Positions 48,126-57,566 of a stretch of DNA of 64,000 nucleotides are shown here, piece after piece. The translations under genes and the position numbers were made by a program. Source of the DNA: Polyangiaceae bacterium (GTDB lineage Bacteria; Myxococcota_A; Polyangia; Polyangiales; Polyangiaceae); contig JANRKO010000023.1 of the NCBI GenBank assembly GCA_033763455.1, positions 288,001 through 352,000 on the forward strand. The letters are read 5' to 3'. Below the pieces are notes generated by a model. That model saw only the letters and a list, made by a program, of their open reading frames with translations, had not been told where the DNA came from and did not search any database. Each line of letters begins with the position of its first letter. Within the stretch, counting starts at the first letter, position 1.

Positions 48126-48968
48126 TCAAGGATTGAGCGTTTTGGCGACTTGTCCGATCACGACATCGGCCCAAGCGTCCACTTCGCTGTCAAGAATGAA
48201 CTCAGCGTTGACCTCCTTCGCGGCCTTCCGAGCAATCTCGTGGGCATCATCCTTGTTGCTCGCGGCCGAGACCACCATCGCGAGGAGCAAGTTCGGCAGC
48301 TTCTTCCGAACGTCCTGCATTGCGAAAGCGGATGCGTCCACGTGTTCGAGAACGCGCCACGGGTCCGAAACAGCAAAGTTGAAGCACTGGGCCGCGCAAC
48401 GCGCGACGCCGTTCGAGACCACCACATCAAACAGCCTGGCGCGCATATCGGCGGAAACCGGAGAACGGGTGCTAACGATCACGTGCTGAGATTTGTCGAT
48501 TTTCTCTGCAACGGCGCCCTTCAAAGCGTCCTTCAAGCTCCCAACCAGCCTTCGCTTGTCAGTCGCATGAGGTGCGCTACGCGCAGGCTTTTCCGGTTCG
48601 TCCGGTTCGACCAAGAATGTCGGGGCGACGTCATCGAGCAACGCGTCCGGCTCAAGCAGCGACGCACGCGGCGCGGTCAACTGAATGCTGCCCTGCCAAT
48701 CCACGGCGAGCCGTTTGACTGTCTCCTCATCGATGCGCTTCGTGCGGCGGTCGCTGGGCCCTTCGGGAACCATCGACTGCTGCACCCACTCCTGGAACGC
48801 TCTCGCACTGACCAGGCGTTCGGACTGCGCGAACAGTTCGACGCGACTCCAATCTTCGAGAAACCTGCCGCGGACCGCCCCATCGCCAAACGTGAGCACG
48901 CCGACGTTCACGAACTCCTCGGCAAGCGAGCTCGGAACGAAGCGGACCACTGAGTAGTACGATGTCAT
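48126..48968 (-). CDS. DUF3037 domain-containing protein
   Basis: YSVVRFVPSSLAEEFVNVGV N-terminal motif; IQLTAPR; C-terminal FDVVVSNG; 4-bp overlap with the upstream kinase. Confidence 0.8.
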   Translation of the reverse strand: MTSYYSVVRFVPSSLAEEFVNVGVLTFGDGAVRGRFLEDWSRVELFAQSERLVSARAFQEWVQQSMVPEGPSDRRTKRIDEETVKRLAVDWQGSIQLTAPRASLLEPDALLDDVAPTFLVEPDEPEKPARSAPHATDKRRLVGSLKDALKGAVAEKIDKSQHVIVSTRSPVSADMRARLFDVVVSNGVARCAAQCFNFAVSDPWRVLEHVDASAFAMQDVRKKLPNLLLAMVVSAASNKDDAHEIARKAAKEVNAEFILDSEVDAWADVVIGQVAKTLNP

Positions 48969-49807
48969 GGAGTTACCTCGCCGCTTCCAGCGGTCGCATT
49001 CTCAGCCCCGGAGGCGAACGCACGCAAGAGGTCGTCGCGTCGACGCCACATATAGGTGGCGAAAGCGATCTTTTCCTCCGCAGAAACGCCCCACACGGCG
49101 GGCGCGGCGGCAATGTCCTCCGCCAGATTCGCCGCGCTAACATCCCCAAGCCGGGCAACCGCTCGAGTGAGTTCCTGTTTGGTCAGCGCCGCGCCGCTCT
49201 CGAGAACACTATCGACGTGGGCGGGGCCTCGCGCTTCAAGGATCGCGATCGTCCAATTCGGTTCGCTCGGCCCAACGAAGTGACCGTGGTCGACCGACCA
49301 AACGTAGGGCGGTGGCTCATTCGGGTAAATTTGCTGATGGTCGCTGGCGTGCGCCCAACCGTAGAGGACGGCAAGGCTCGCGAACCGCGACCGATTCTCG
49401 GTGAGATCGGTGTGGGCCACGCCCAGACGATCCGAGTGTCTATCGAGAAATTCTAGCCCGTGGCAAACGCCCGCCGTCATGTGGGTGAGACGTGCTTCGG
49501 CTTTGACGAGCACGTCTGGGAGCGACACCAGAGCAGGCTTAGGCACTGGGGCACCAATGCGTTGCGCGAGACGAGCGATCACCTGATCGTTGAAGAGCAT
49601 CCTCCCACCCGCCTGCTGACCCTTAAGCACCCGGAATACACCGTCGCTACACTTGAGGCAAACCGGCGCGGAAGCAGAGCCCCACGGGCCAAAATGAAAC
49701 GTGACGGCTTCAAGAATCGGCGGCAGCTGCCCCGCGGCGGCAATGAGGAGCTGAGCCCAATCGGGTCCTCGCGTCGTGACCTGGCTCTTTTCTTCGACCT
49801 CTTCCAT
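48965..49807 (-). CDS. HipA-like (PI3/4-kinase fold) kinase
   Basis: SASAPV.L.CSDG...VLK, LFNDQVIARLA..IGAPVP, W...SDH...SVDHGH. Confidence 0.75.
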   Translation of the reverse strand: MEEVEEKSQVTTRGPDWAQLLIAAAGQLPPILEAVTFHFGPWGSASAPVCLKCSDGVFRVLKGQQAGGRMLFNDQVIARLAQRIGAPVPKPALVSLPDVLVKAEARLTHMTAGVCHGLEFLDRHSDRLGVAHTDLTENRSRFASLAVLYGWAHASDHQQIYPNEPPPYVWSVDHGHFVGPSEPNWTIAILEARGPAHVDSVLESGAALTKQELTRAVARLGDVSAANLAEDIAAAPAVWGVSAEEKIAFATYMWRRRDDLLRAFASGAENATAGSGEVTP

Positions 49808-49990
49808 CCTGGTCCTTCTTCTACTGAACCTGGTCGCAACAAGCGCGCGCCGGCCGGCACAACCAGAAAAAATCCTGGGAGAACCTTATGCGAAGCCGAT
49901 CCTATTTGGGCCCTGTCCCAGAGGTCAAGTGAAAGACTCGATGATCTCCACCAGCTCCGGTCCAACTGCCTCGAGTTTGCCTTGCCTCCA

Positions 49991-50026
49991 TTTCGTTTGT
50001 TTCGATTATTGCATTTGTTTCGTTTC
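49991..50026. promoter_or_regulatory. Four 9-bp direct repeats (TTTCGTTTG consensus), probable operator of the downstream HTH
   Basis: TTTCGTTTG TTTCGATTA TTGCATTTG TTTCGTTTC, ending 20 bp before the ATG at 50047. Confidence 0.6.
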
Positions 50027-50046
50027 GCGCTAGCCTGGTCTTTGCC

Positions 50047-50502
50047 ATGCAAACTTCCCCCGTGAAATTGCCTACTTCCAAAGCGTCAGAGGAAGCCAAG
50101 GTGGCGCTTCGCGCACTCTCTTCGCTGCCGCGTCGGAAGGCCTCGCGGACAGTTGAGGTTCGGCCAGAGGGGGAAGGAAAACCAGTGGCGGTGAGTGTGC
50201 CACGTGAGGCATTCGAGCTGTTCCTCGAGATCCTTGGTCAGATGGCGAACGGCAACGCGGTTACAATCGTGCCTGTTCATGCGGAACTAACAACCCAGCA
50301 AGCCGCAGATCTGCTCAACGTGTCCCGGCCATTCCTGGTTCGGTTGCTCGACGAAAAGAAGTTCCCGTTTCGCTTGGTCGGGACCCATCGCCGCGTGCTC
50401 GTCGCGGATCTGCTGGCATTCAAGCAAAAGGAGGATGCGCGCCGGCAGTCCGTCCTCGATGAGCTTACGGCGGAGGCAGAGAAACACGGTCTGGGGTACT
50501 AA
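50047..50502 (+). CDS. Excisionase-family (HTH_17, MerR-like) DNA-binding antitoxin
   Basis: [23 protein letters not shown]...VGTHRRV. Confidence 0.9.
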   Translation: MQTSPVKLPTSKASEEAKVALRALSSLPRRKASRTVEVRPEGEGKPVAVSVPREAFELFLEILGQMANGNAVTIVPVHAELTTQQAADLLNVSRPFLVRLLDEKKFPFRLVGTHRRVLVADLLAFKQKEDARRQSVLDELTAEAEKHGLGY

Positions 50503-50507
50503 CCCGC

Positions 50508-51083
50508 ATGGCGTTCGTCGTCCTCTACGACGCTTGCGTGCTGTACCCGGCGCCACTGCGCGATCTTCTCATTCGCCTGGCCAACACGGGGATCGTTCGA
50601 GCACGTTGGTCGGAGACGATTCTCGATGAGTGTTTCCGCAATATCCTTAACAATCGCCCCGAGCTTCGTCCCGAGGCCCTCCATCGAACACGAGAACTGA
50701 TGCGCCAAGCGGTGCCGGACTGCATGGTTTGTGGATTCGAGGCCCTCATCGAGGGTATCGAGCTACCGGACCCCAACGATCGGCACGTTCTGGCAGCCGC
50801 TATCCGCGCAGGAGCACAAGCCATCGTGACCTTTAATTTGGCGGACTTTCCGGAGCAAAAGCTCGCATCGTACAACATCGAAGCCAAACACCCGGACGAT
50901 TTTGTGCTCGACACGATCGATCTCGCGCCCGGGCTCGCTACGGCCGTTGTTAGCCGACAGGCAAACGCGCTCAAGAGTCCGCCTCGTTCAGTGGGGGAAT
51001 TGCTCGATACTCTGCGGGATCAGGGGCTGGTGCGCTCGGTCGCCAAGCTACGCGAACTGCTCGGCGCTGGTGACGCAATTTGA
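50508..51083 (+). CDS. PIN-domain protein (PIN_3/VapC50-like)
   Basis: LYDACVLYP..LRDLL, LPDPNDRHVLAAAI, IVTFNLADFP, HPDDF. Confidence 0.9.
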   Translation: MAFVVLYDACVLYPAPLRDLLIRLANTGIVRARWSETILDECFRNILNNRPELRPEALHRTRELMRQAVPDCMVCGFEALIEGIELPDPNDRHVLAAAIRAGAQAIVTFNLADFPEQKLASYNIEAKHPDDFVLDTIDLAPGLATAVVSRQANALKSPPRSVGELLDTLRDQGLVRSVAKLRELLGAGDAI

Positions 51084-51176
51084 CCGCTGGCATCGATGAC
51101 TCTTCAGGACCTCGTGATGATCGCGAAGGAGGTACAACCAATGACCGCCCGTTCCATCGTTCCACTGAACGAAACC

Positions 51177-51582
51177 TCAGCGAGCCGCGTGCAGTTCCAG
51201 ACCCAGCACACGCGAAAACCGTTCAAAATCTTGATCCGTAGTAAAAACTGCGAGCTTCCTCCGCAGGCTCACGGCACATATCAGAAAGTCCGTGTTCGAC
51301 CCCTGAACCCCCTTGGCCCGACACCGATTGAAGCAAGCTGCGGCTTCCTCGTAGTCAGCCGCTTCGAGCGGGATATCTTCGAATGCACGTAAGCGTTCAC
51401 GTAGCTTCCGATATTGTTCACCAACTCGAACTCCCGACAGCAATTCTTGTCGAATAGCGCCAATCATTGCCACGCGCCCCTCACGTATCAAATTCGACTA
51501 GCTCCTTAGCGGCTGCGCTATCAGGTGCACCCCTTCTACGTATCGCTTGCGACCACACGCAGGTGTCTACCAGGACGTTCAT
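51177..51582 (-). pseudogene. vapC: vapC PIN toxin interrupted by a +1 frameshift near 51490
   Basis: ATG 51582 reads MNVLVDTCVWSQAIRR...ELVEF then stops; the PIN continues in another frame (LIREGR...IRQELLSG...TDFLICA...TTDQDF). Confidence 0.8.
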
Positions 51583-51779
51583 CGACGTTGCCGCTGGACC
51601 TTGTAGTCATACTTGGGCTCAACGTCGATCTTCCCGAACAGTTCCACAACGCGCTGCTGCTTGCGGCGCTGAATGTACTCATTCAGTGCTTCGGTAACAG
51701 TTGCGCGTTTCGTCTTCTGGCCGCCGATCCTGAGGGCCTCCTCGAGCAGGGCATCGTCAATCGCAAGGTTCGTCGCCAT
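51579..51779 (-). CDS. vapB: VapB-family antitoxin
   Basis: MATNLAIDDALLEEALRIGG.KTKRATVTEAL; ATGA overlap with vapC; ACACA-N6-TGTGT just upstream (51792-51807). Confidence 0.88.
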   Translation of the reverse strand: MATNLAIDDALLEEALRIGGQKTKRATVTEALNEYIQRRKQQRVVELFGKIDVEPKYDYKVQRQRR

Positions 51780-52104
51780 GTATGAATTCTTACACAACTC
51801 AGTGTGTGACGCTAACTCCCAAGCGCACCCCCGGCCACCCCAAGCACCCGGGAAAGTCCAAATTCGCAGCCATTCTCGCACTTCCGTACAAACTCTCGAA
51901 TGGCCCCAATCTGGAACCCGAAAGCACGATCCTACCCTGGACGCAATCAGCCGCTTTGCCATCCTGGGGGCAGATGATGCGGCTTTCGTTTTCTCCCCGG
52001 GACGCGCGATTTTCACCAGTATACAGCCTGCACGTGGCGCCGGAATGCTCACCGCTGTCGCAGGTTCGCTGCTTTCAACCGCTTGCTTCGGATAGGCTCG
52101 CCTC

Positions 52105-53142
52105 GTGACCTGGGAAGAACGTTGGCATCCGTTGCGCAAAGAGTGGGTGGTGGTAGCGGCTCATCGCCAAGATCGACCCTGGATTGGGGAAGAGGTCGCG
52201 CGCAAAGAAGCGAAGGTGCCTGAATACCTCCCGGACTGTTACCTCTGCCCGGGCAATACTCGCGTGAGCGGCGCCAAGAACCTCCCGTATGAGGGGGTGT
52301 TCGTCTTTGATAATGATCACCCCTGCGTAGGGCCAAAAGCTCCAAGTGTTGCACCAGGCGGCGGCGTGTTCCAGGCGCGTTCGGCGCAAGGTCAAGCGCG
52401 CGTGGTGTGTTACACACCGCGCCACGACTTAACGCTCGCAGAGCTTGAACAGCCGCAAATCTTGGCGCTTCTGAAGACCTGGCAAACCGAATATCGAGCT
52501 CTCGGAGCGCTCCCCGAGATAAAGCACGTATTGTGCTTTGAGAACAAGGGAGATGTGGTGGGCGTCTCCAATCCGCACCCCCACGGGCAGATCTACGCAA
52601 CTAACTTCATCTTTAAGACAACTGAGATCGAGTGTGAAGCGAGCGCCGAACATCTCAAATCAACGGGCCGTTCGTTATTCTCAGATATCATTCGTGCCGA
52701 AAAGGAAGACGGCCGGCGTGTGCTCGATGAGAACGAGAGCGCCATCAGCTTTGTGCCCTATTTTGCCCGCTACGCGTACGAAGTGTACGTAGCGCCTAAG
52801 GCCACGCACCCAAGCATTGCGGAGCTTTCGGCGGCGGAGCTGGAAGATTTCGCGAAAATTCTGAAGCTCGCCTTGGTGCGCCTCGATAACCTATGGCGTA
52901 TGCCTCTCCCCTACGTCATGGTGCTTCACCAAGCACCGACAGACGGGCAGAGCTACCCGGGCTATCACTTTCACATTGAATTTCACCCACCGTTGCGGAA
53001 GCCCAACTTGCTCAAATACCTCGCGGGGCCGGAGATTGGCGCCGGCAATTTTGTGAGTGATACTTCGCCGGAGCAAAAAGCGGAGGAGTTACGAAGCCTC
53101 CCCACGCAACACTACAAGCTTCAAGCCGGCGGACTAAAATAG
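52105..53142 (+). CDS. galT: Hexose-1-phosphate uridylyltransferase (GalT family)
   Basis: [39 protein letters not shown] catalytic [12 protein letters not shown]. Confidence 0.93.
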   Translation: MTWEERWHPLRKEWVVVAAHRQDRPWIGEEVARKEAKVPEYLPDCYLCPGNTRVSGAKNLPYEGVFVFDNDHPCVGPKAPSVAPGGGVFQARSAQGQARVVCYTPRHDLTLAELEQPQILALLKTWQTEYRALGALPEIKHVLCFENKGDVVGVSNPHPHGQIYATNFIFKTTEIECEASAEHLKSTGRSLFSDIIRAEKEDGRRVLDENESAISFVPYFARYAYEVYVAPKATHPSIAELSAAELEDFAKILKLALVRLDNLWRMPLPYVMVLHQAPTDGQSYPGYHFHIEFHPPLRKPNLLKYLAGPEIGAGNFVSDTSPEQKAEELRSLPTQHYKLQAGGLK

Positions 53143-54158
53143 TGCACATTTCTGAATTTCTACCAGTACTTAGCGAATTACACGCGGCGATCCGCTCTGC
53201 CGTCGTGAAGGCGTGCGAATCCCAAAGCATCGAAGCCGTTTCGGCCATTGCGGATGATTCCGACGTCGCCGATACGATCTTCGCCATCGATAAGGTGAGC
53301 GAAGAGCTTCTTCACGCCATGTTGGAGCCGCACGCGAAGCGGCTGGGAGGCATCCTGCTCATCGCTGAGGGGTTGCCAGAGGCAGGCCTCCGGCTCCCAC
53401 ACGATCAACCGGAAGAAAGCTTGAAGTGGCGGGTCATCGTCGATCCGATCGATGGCACCCGCGGGCTCATGTATCAGAAGCGCAGTGCTTGGGTGCTTAC
53501 AGGCGTCGCCCCCAACCGCGGCAAGGCCACCACACTGCTCGATATTGAGCTGGCGGTGCAAACAGAAATCCCGCTCGTTAAGCAGCACTTGTGCGATGTC
53601 TTTTCTGCCATCCGAGGTCAAGGTGTTACGGCCACTCGCTTGAATCGACTGACGGGTGTTTCGGTACCGCTTTTTGTGCGTCCCTCCAAAGCGCACACGA
53701 TCGAACAGGGCTACAGCGCGCTCACGCGCCTTTTTCCGGGTGCACGCGATGTTCTGGCCGCCATCGATGAGGACTTGGTGGCTCGCGTCTTAGGCCCGGC
53801 GAAAGCTAGCCGAGCTCAGTGCTTCGAAGATCAATATGCGAGCACCGCAGGGCAGTTACACGAGCTCTTGGTTGGCCATGATCGTTTTTTGGCTGATCTA
53901 CGGCCCCTTATGGATTCTGTCCTGGCGAGCCGCGGTCTGCCGAGTGCTATGTATTGCCACCCGTATGATATTTGCACTTCGCTCATCGCGGAGGAAGGCG
54001 ACGTTGTGGTGCGCGCGGCGGATGGTTCACAGCTGGATGTGCCTTTAGATGTGACAACTCCCGTAGCGTGGGCTGGCTATGCTAACGCTACTATCCAAGC
54101 TCAAGTCGAACCGGCTCTTCTGCAGATCTTGCGGGAGCGCCAACTCATAGGAGTGTGA
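53142..54158 (+). CDS. Inositol monophosphatase/FIG-superfamily sugar-phosphate phosphatase
   Basis: DTIFAID, IAEG, IVDPIDGT metal motif, HPYD; start overlaps the galT stop. Confidence 0.85.
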   Translation: MHISEFLPVLSELHAAIRSAVVKACESQSIEAVSAIADDSDVADTIFAIDKVSEELLHAMLEPHAKRLGGILLIAEGLPEAGLRLPHDQPEESLKWRVIVDPIDGTRGLMYQKRSAWVLTGVAPNRGKATTLLDIELAVQTEIPLVKQHLCDVFSAIRGQGVTATRLNRLTGVSVPLFVRPSKAHTIEQGYSALTRLFPGARDVLAAIDEDLVARVLGPAKASRAQCFEDQYASTAGQLHELLVGHDRFLADLRPLMDSVLASRGLPSAMYCHPYDICTSLIAEEGDVVVRAADGSQLDVPLDVTTPVAWAGYANATIQAQVEPALLQILRERQLIGV

Positions 54159-54164
54159 ATAGCT

Positions 54165-55607
54165 GTGCTCAGTTTTCCTGACGTAGATGCCTGGCCTGGA
54201 GCCCGCGAGTTTCTGGCCGCGCTACACGGGCTCCGCAAACATGAGCAGCTCTGCACCCGATCGCTATTTTTGGATGCGTCCCCCATCACGATTGCGCGAG
54301 CCCCTGGCCGCCTCGATCTTATGGGTGGCATCGCAGATTATTCTGGCTCTTTGGTATTGGAAATGCCCATTCGCGAGGCAGCGTTTGTCGCCGCGAGCCT
54401 TAACGCCACGGGCACGGTGAAAGTCACCACTCAAGATGCAGCAACGGGAGAGCGACGGGACTTCGATTTTCCTATCCAAGATCTCATGAGTGGAGCCTTC
54501 TCCAGCTATGAGCGCGCCCACGGATATTTTGCCGCAGACCGAGCGCATTCATGGGCGGGTTATGTGGTGGGGGTTTTGGTGGCGCTTTTTCAAGATACAG
54601 GCCTTAAGGTTCCCGAAGGCCTCTCAGTCTTCGTGTTTTCCCAAGTTCCGGAGGGCAAAGGCGTGAGCTCCTCTGCCGCCCTGGAAGTAGCCACGCTCAA
54701 TGCCGTTCTAGGCGCTCTGCAGCAAACGCTCCCCAAAGATCGCATTGCGCTGCTCTGTCAAAAAGCAGAGAACCTGGTAGTGGGTGCACCGTGCGGTGTG
54801 ATGGATCAGATGACATCCGCGTTGGGTGAAGAGGGGCAATTGTTGGAGCTGCTCTGCCAGCCCGCCGAAGTGCTCGGAAGCGTGAAGCTGCCCGAAGATC
54901 TGCAAGTGTGGGGTATCGATTCCGGCGTGCGTCATGCCGTTTCTGGGGCGGATTACACGGACGTGCGAGTGGCCGCCTTTATGGGCCAACGGATCCTTTC
55001 GGTGCACGCACAACGCGCTTCTGAAGCTGCGGGGGCTCGGCAGTTTACGGGGCACCCCTACCTGGCGAACCTAACGCCCAGCGAGCTGGTAGCCACTCAC
55101 ACGCGGCATTTGCCCACCACCCTTCGCGGTGCTGACTTCCTGCGTGAATTTGGCCACACGAACGACACCGTGACGCGTGTGGATCCCGAGGTGTCATATC
55201 CGGTAGCTGCAGCCACGGCTCATCCCATTTTCGAACACTTCCGCGTTCGGTGCTTCCGCTCATTGCTCAAGACGGGCACTTTGGACGCGAATGGGGCAGC
55301 TACGCTCGGCGAACTCATGTACCAGTCACACGCCAGCTACGGTGCTTGTGGCCTAGGTTGCCAGCCGACAGATTTATTGGTGGAGCTGGTACGGCGCGAA
55401 GGAATAGATGCGGGTTTGTTGGGTGGAAAGATCACAGGCGGTGGCAGCGGCGGCACGGTGGCTGTGCTCGGGCGCCGTGGCAGTGATGCAGCCATTCAGC
55501 GCATCTTAGAGGCTTATCAAGAGCAAACCGGGATTGCGAGTTATCTGTTCCAGGGCTCTTCGCCGGGCGCGGCAGCGTTTGGTACACGAGTACTGAGCGG
55601 GCACTAG
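54165..55607 (+). CDS. GHMP sugar-1-kinase resembling the kinase domain of plant L-arabinokinase
   Basis: RAPGRLDLMGGIADYSGSLVL, VPEGKGVSSSAA, VGAPCGVMDQM, WGIDSGVRH, KITGGGSGGTV, GSSPGA. Confidence 0.85.
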   Translation: MLSFPDVDAWPGAREFLAALHGLRKHEQLCTRSLFLDASPITIARAPGRLDLMGGIADYSGSLVLEMPIREAAFVAASLNATGTVKVTTQDAATGERRDFDFPIQDLMSGAFSSYERAHGYFAADRAHSWAGYVVGVLVALFQDTGLKVPEGLSVFVFSQVPEGKGVSSSAALEVATLNAVLGALQQTLPKDRIALLCQKAENLVVGAPCGVMDQMTSALGEEGQLLELLCQPAEVLGSVKLPEDLQVWGIDSGVRHAVSGADYTDVRVAAFMGQRILSVHAQRASEAAGARQFTGHPYLANLTPSELVATHTRHLPTTLRGADFLREFGHTNDTVTRVDPEVSYPVAAATAHPIFEHFRVRCFRSLLKTGTLDANGAATLGELMYQSHASYGACGLGCQPTDLLVELVRREGIDAGLLGGKITGGGSGGTVAVLGRRGSDAAIQRILEAYQEQTGIASYLFQGSSPGAAAFGTRVLSGH

Positions 55608-55698
55608 CAGGCTCAGATGGATGCGTTTTTGTTCAGGTGGCGTTTGGGGCCACGAGAAGGCCGCTGCGACCCGTGAGTGCTCGAACAGCAATGCTTGT

Positions 55699-56796
55699 TC
55701 AATCCAGCTCACCAGGCGGTAGCCCAGTTGGAACGGCACTCGGCCTTTCCACACGTGTTTTGAGCTCAACCACGCGCTTCTCAGCTCCAGAGACGTGCGC
55801 GCTCTCCATGATGTCCAATAGGTGGTAAGCAAGCTCCCCACTCGCACGGTGCGCGCGGCCGGATTTTAAAGCCTGCACTAGATCCGCGGCGCCTGCTCCA
55901 CGCATTCCTTCCGCGTGTGTCAACGGTACTTCCTCCCAGTCGGAAGAACCCCGCTTGGCGATCCGAACTGGGCCACCAAAGGTGTTGGGGTCTGGTACAG
56001 ATAGCGCACCCTCCGTGCCGTAGATCTCGATGCGAGGCAGCGAATGTCGCACCACATCGAAGCTCATCATCATGCTCGCCGCAGCGCCGTTTTCGAACTC
56101 AAGGTTGGCAGCTACGTGGGTTGGAACTTCTACCTTCACACGAGTGCCATAAAGTGGCTTGCTCGTGATGGTGCGCTCCGCGAACGCTTGGTTCGTAACG
56201 GCACTCACGCGCCTAACGGGGCCCAGGAGGTTCACGAGAGCTCCCAGATAATACGGGCCCATATCTAAGAGGGGGCCACCGCCCGCCTGGTAGTAGAACG
56301 CCGGGCTTGGGTGCCAGGATTCATGGCCAGCGCAGCCAAAAAAAGCCACTGCCGAAGTTGGCTGGCCGATGGCGCCGTCGTCGATCAGCTTGCGGCAAGT
56401 CTGGATGCCCCCGCCCAAGAATGTGTCCGCGGCGCAAGCCACGCGTAACTTCTTAGCGCGCGCCAACTCCAGCACCGGGGCAGCCTCGCTCAACCTCAAG
56501 GCTAGTGGCTTTTCGCTGTACACGTGCTTGTTCGCCTCCAGAATAGCCATATCCACCGGGGCATGGGCCGCGGGAATCGTCAGGTTGATGATCAATCCAA
56601 TCTCAGGATCCTTCAGCAAGTCCGCGATGCTGACGGCGCGGATGCCATGTTCTTGGGCCTTCTGCTTGGCCCGCTCTTCGTCAAGATCCGCACAGGCAAC
56701 GATAGAAAGAGCGCTGTAGTGCTTTCCGCCCTTGAAGTACGCGTTCGAGATGTTGCCGCAACCGATCACGCCTACGGCCATTTTCGTGTTTGTCAT
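55699..56796 (-). CDS. Gfo/Idh/MocA-family oxidoreductase
   Basis: GVIGCGNIS, NLTIPAAH, VYSEKP, GGGPLLDMGPYY. Confidence 0.93.
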   Translation of the reverse strand: MTNTKMAVGVIGCGNISNAYFKGGKHYSALSIVACADLDEERAKQKAQEHGIRAVSIADLLKDPEIGLIINLTIPAAHAPVDMAILEANKHVYSEKPLALRLSEAAPVLELARAKKLRVACAADTFLGGGIQTCRKLIDDGAIGQPTSAVAFFGCAGHESWHPSPAFYYQAGGGPLLDMGPYYLGALVNLLGPVRRVSAVTNQAFAERTITSKPLYGTRVKVEVPTHVAANLEFENGAAASMMMSFDVVRHSLPRIEIYGTEGALSVPDPNTFGGPVRIAKRGSSDWEEVPLTHAEGMRGAGAADLVQALKSGRAHRASGELAYHLLDIMESAHVSGAEKRVVELKTRVERPSAVPTGLPPGELD

Positions 56797-56831
56797 AGCT
56801 TTTCCTTCAACGCACCAGCTCTGAGGAGAGC

Positions 56832-57491
56832 TCAAGCAAGTGCTCCTGCCGCCCATAGCAGCCCGCGACGCGTGAGCTCGAGTGCCTCAGGCACATCAAA
56901 GTCCGCACGCACATGGCCCAAAGCGGAGTAGAAAACCCGACCTTTGCCGAAGCGCTTCTTCCACACCACTGGCATCGTTACATTCTTGATCCAATCCGCA
57001 TCGCCATGCTCACCACTAAAAACGGTGGTAGCGAGCACTTCGTTGGCTGGGTCAACGTGCATATAATATTGCTCGCTGTGCATCTGAAAATCAGAGATGC
57101 CGCGGGTAATTGGGTCATCCTCACCGATGATTTGCACGCTATAATCAACGATGTTGCCAGGATGCGCGACCCACTGCCCCCCCGTCATGAACTGGTAGTC
57201 CACGTTGTTGCGGAACGCATCGCACATGCCCCCGTGCCAGCCCGCAATCCCCACTCCACCGCGCACGGCGTTTAAGAGGCCGCGTTCGCTCTCCCCCGGA
57301 AGAGTTCCCATGGTCCAAACCGGGACAACTAAGCTCAAGCTTTTCATCAGAGCTTCGTCCTGGAACACCTCAAGGTTGCTCTCGATACGCACCTCAAACC
57401 CTGAGTTGCCCAAAATCTCCCCAAACAAGCGAGCGCAAATCTCCGGCTCATGCCCATTCCATCCGCCGTACACGAACAGTGCTTTTTTCAT
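56832..57491 (-). CDS. ThuA-like domain protein
   Basis: [47 protein letters not shown]. Confidence 0.88.
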   Translation of the reverse strand: MKKALFVYGGWNGHEPEICARLFGEILGNSGFEVRIESNLEVFQDEALMKSLSLVVPVWTMGTLPGESERGLLNAVRGGVGIAGWHGGMCDAFRNNVDYQFMTGGQWVAHPGNIVDYSVQIIGEDDPITRGISDFQMHSEQYYMHVDPANEVLATTVFSGEHGDADWIKNVTMPVVWKKRFGKGRVFYSALGHVRADFDVPEALELTRRGLLWAAGALA

Positions 57492-57566
57492 AATTGCTCC
57501 GCCTTGCGCGTTTTGACCACCATATATGCTGCATTATCGCCAATCTAGAGGATATATTTCCCACAC

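Noticed and set aside
47869..48174. 101-aa ORF downstream of DUF3037
   Set aside because: Overlaps the DUF3037 end and has no recognisable motif; cannot be supported
50047..50502. Prophage excisionase indicating a prophage
   Set aside because: It is paired with a PIN gene as a TA-type module; no integrase or phage structural genes present
52057..52068. GTCGCAGGTTCG as a possible attR copy of the tRNA T-arm (GTCGCAAGTTCG)
   Set aside because: Only 11/12 match and it does not extend into the tRNA 3' end; compatible with chance
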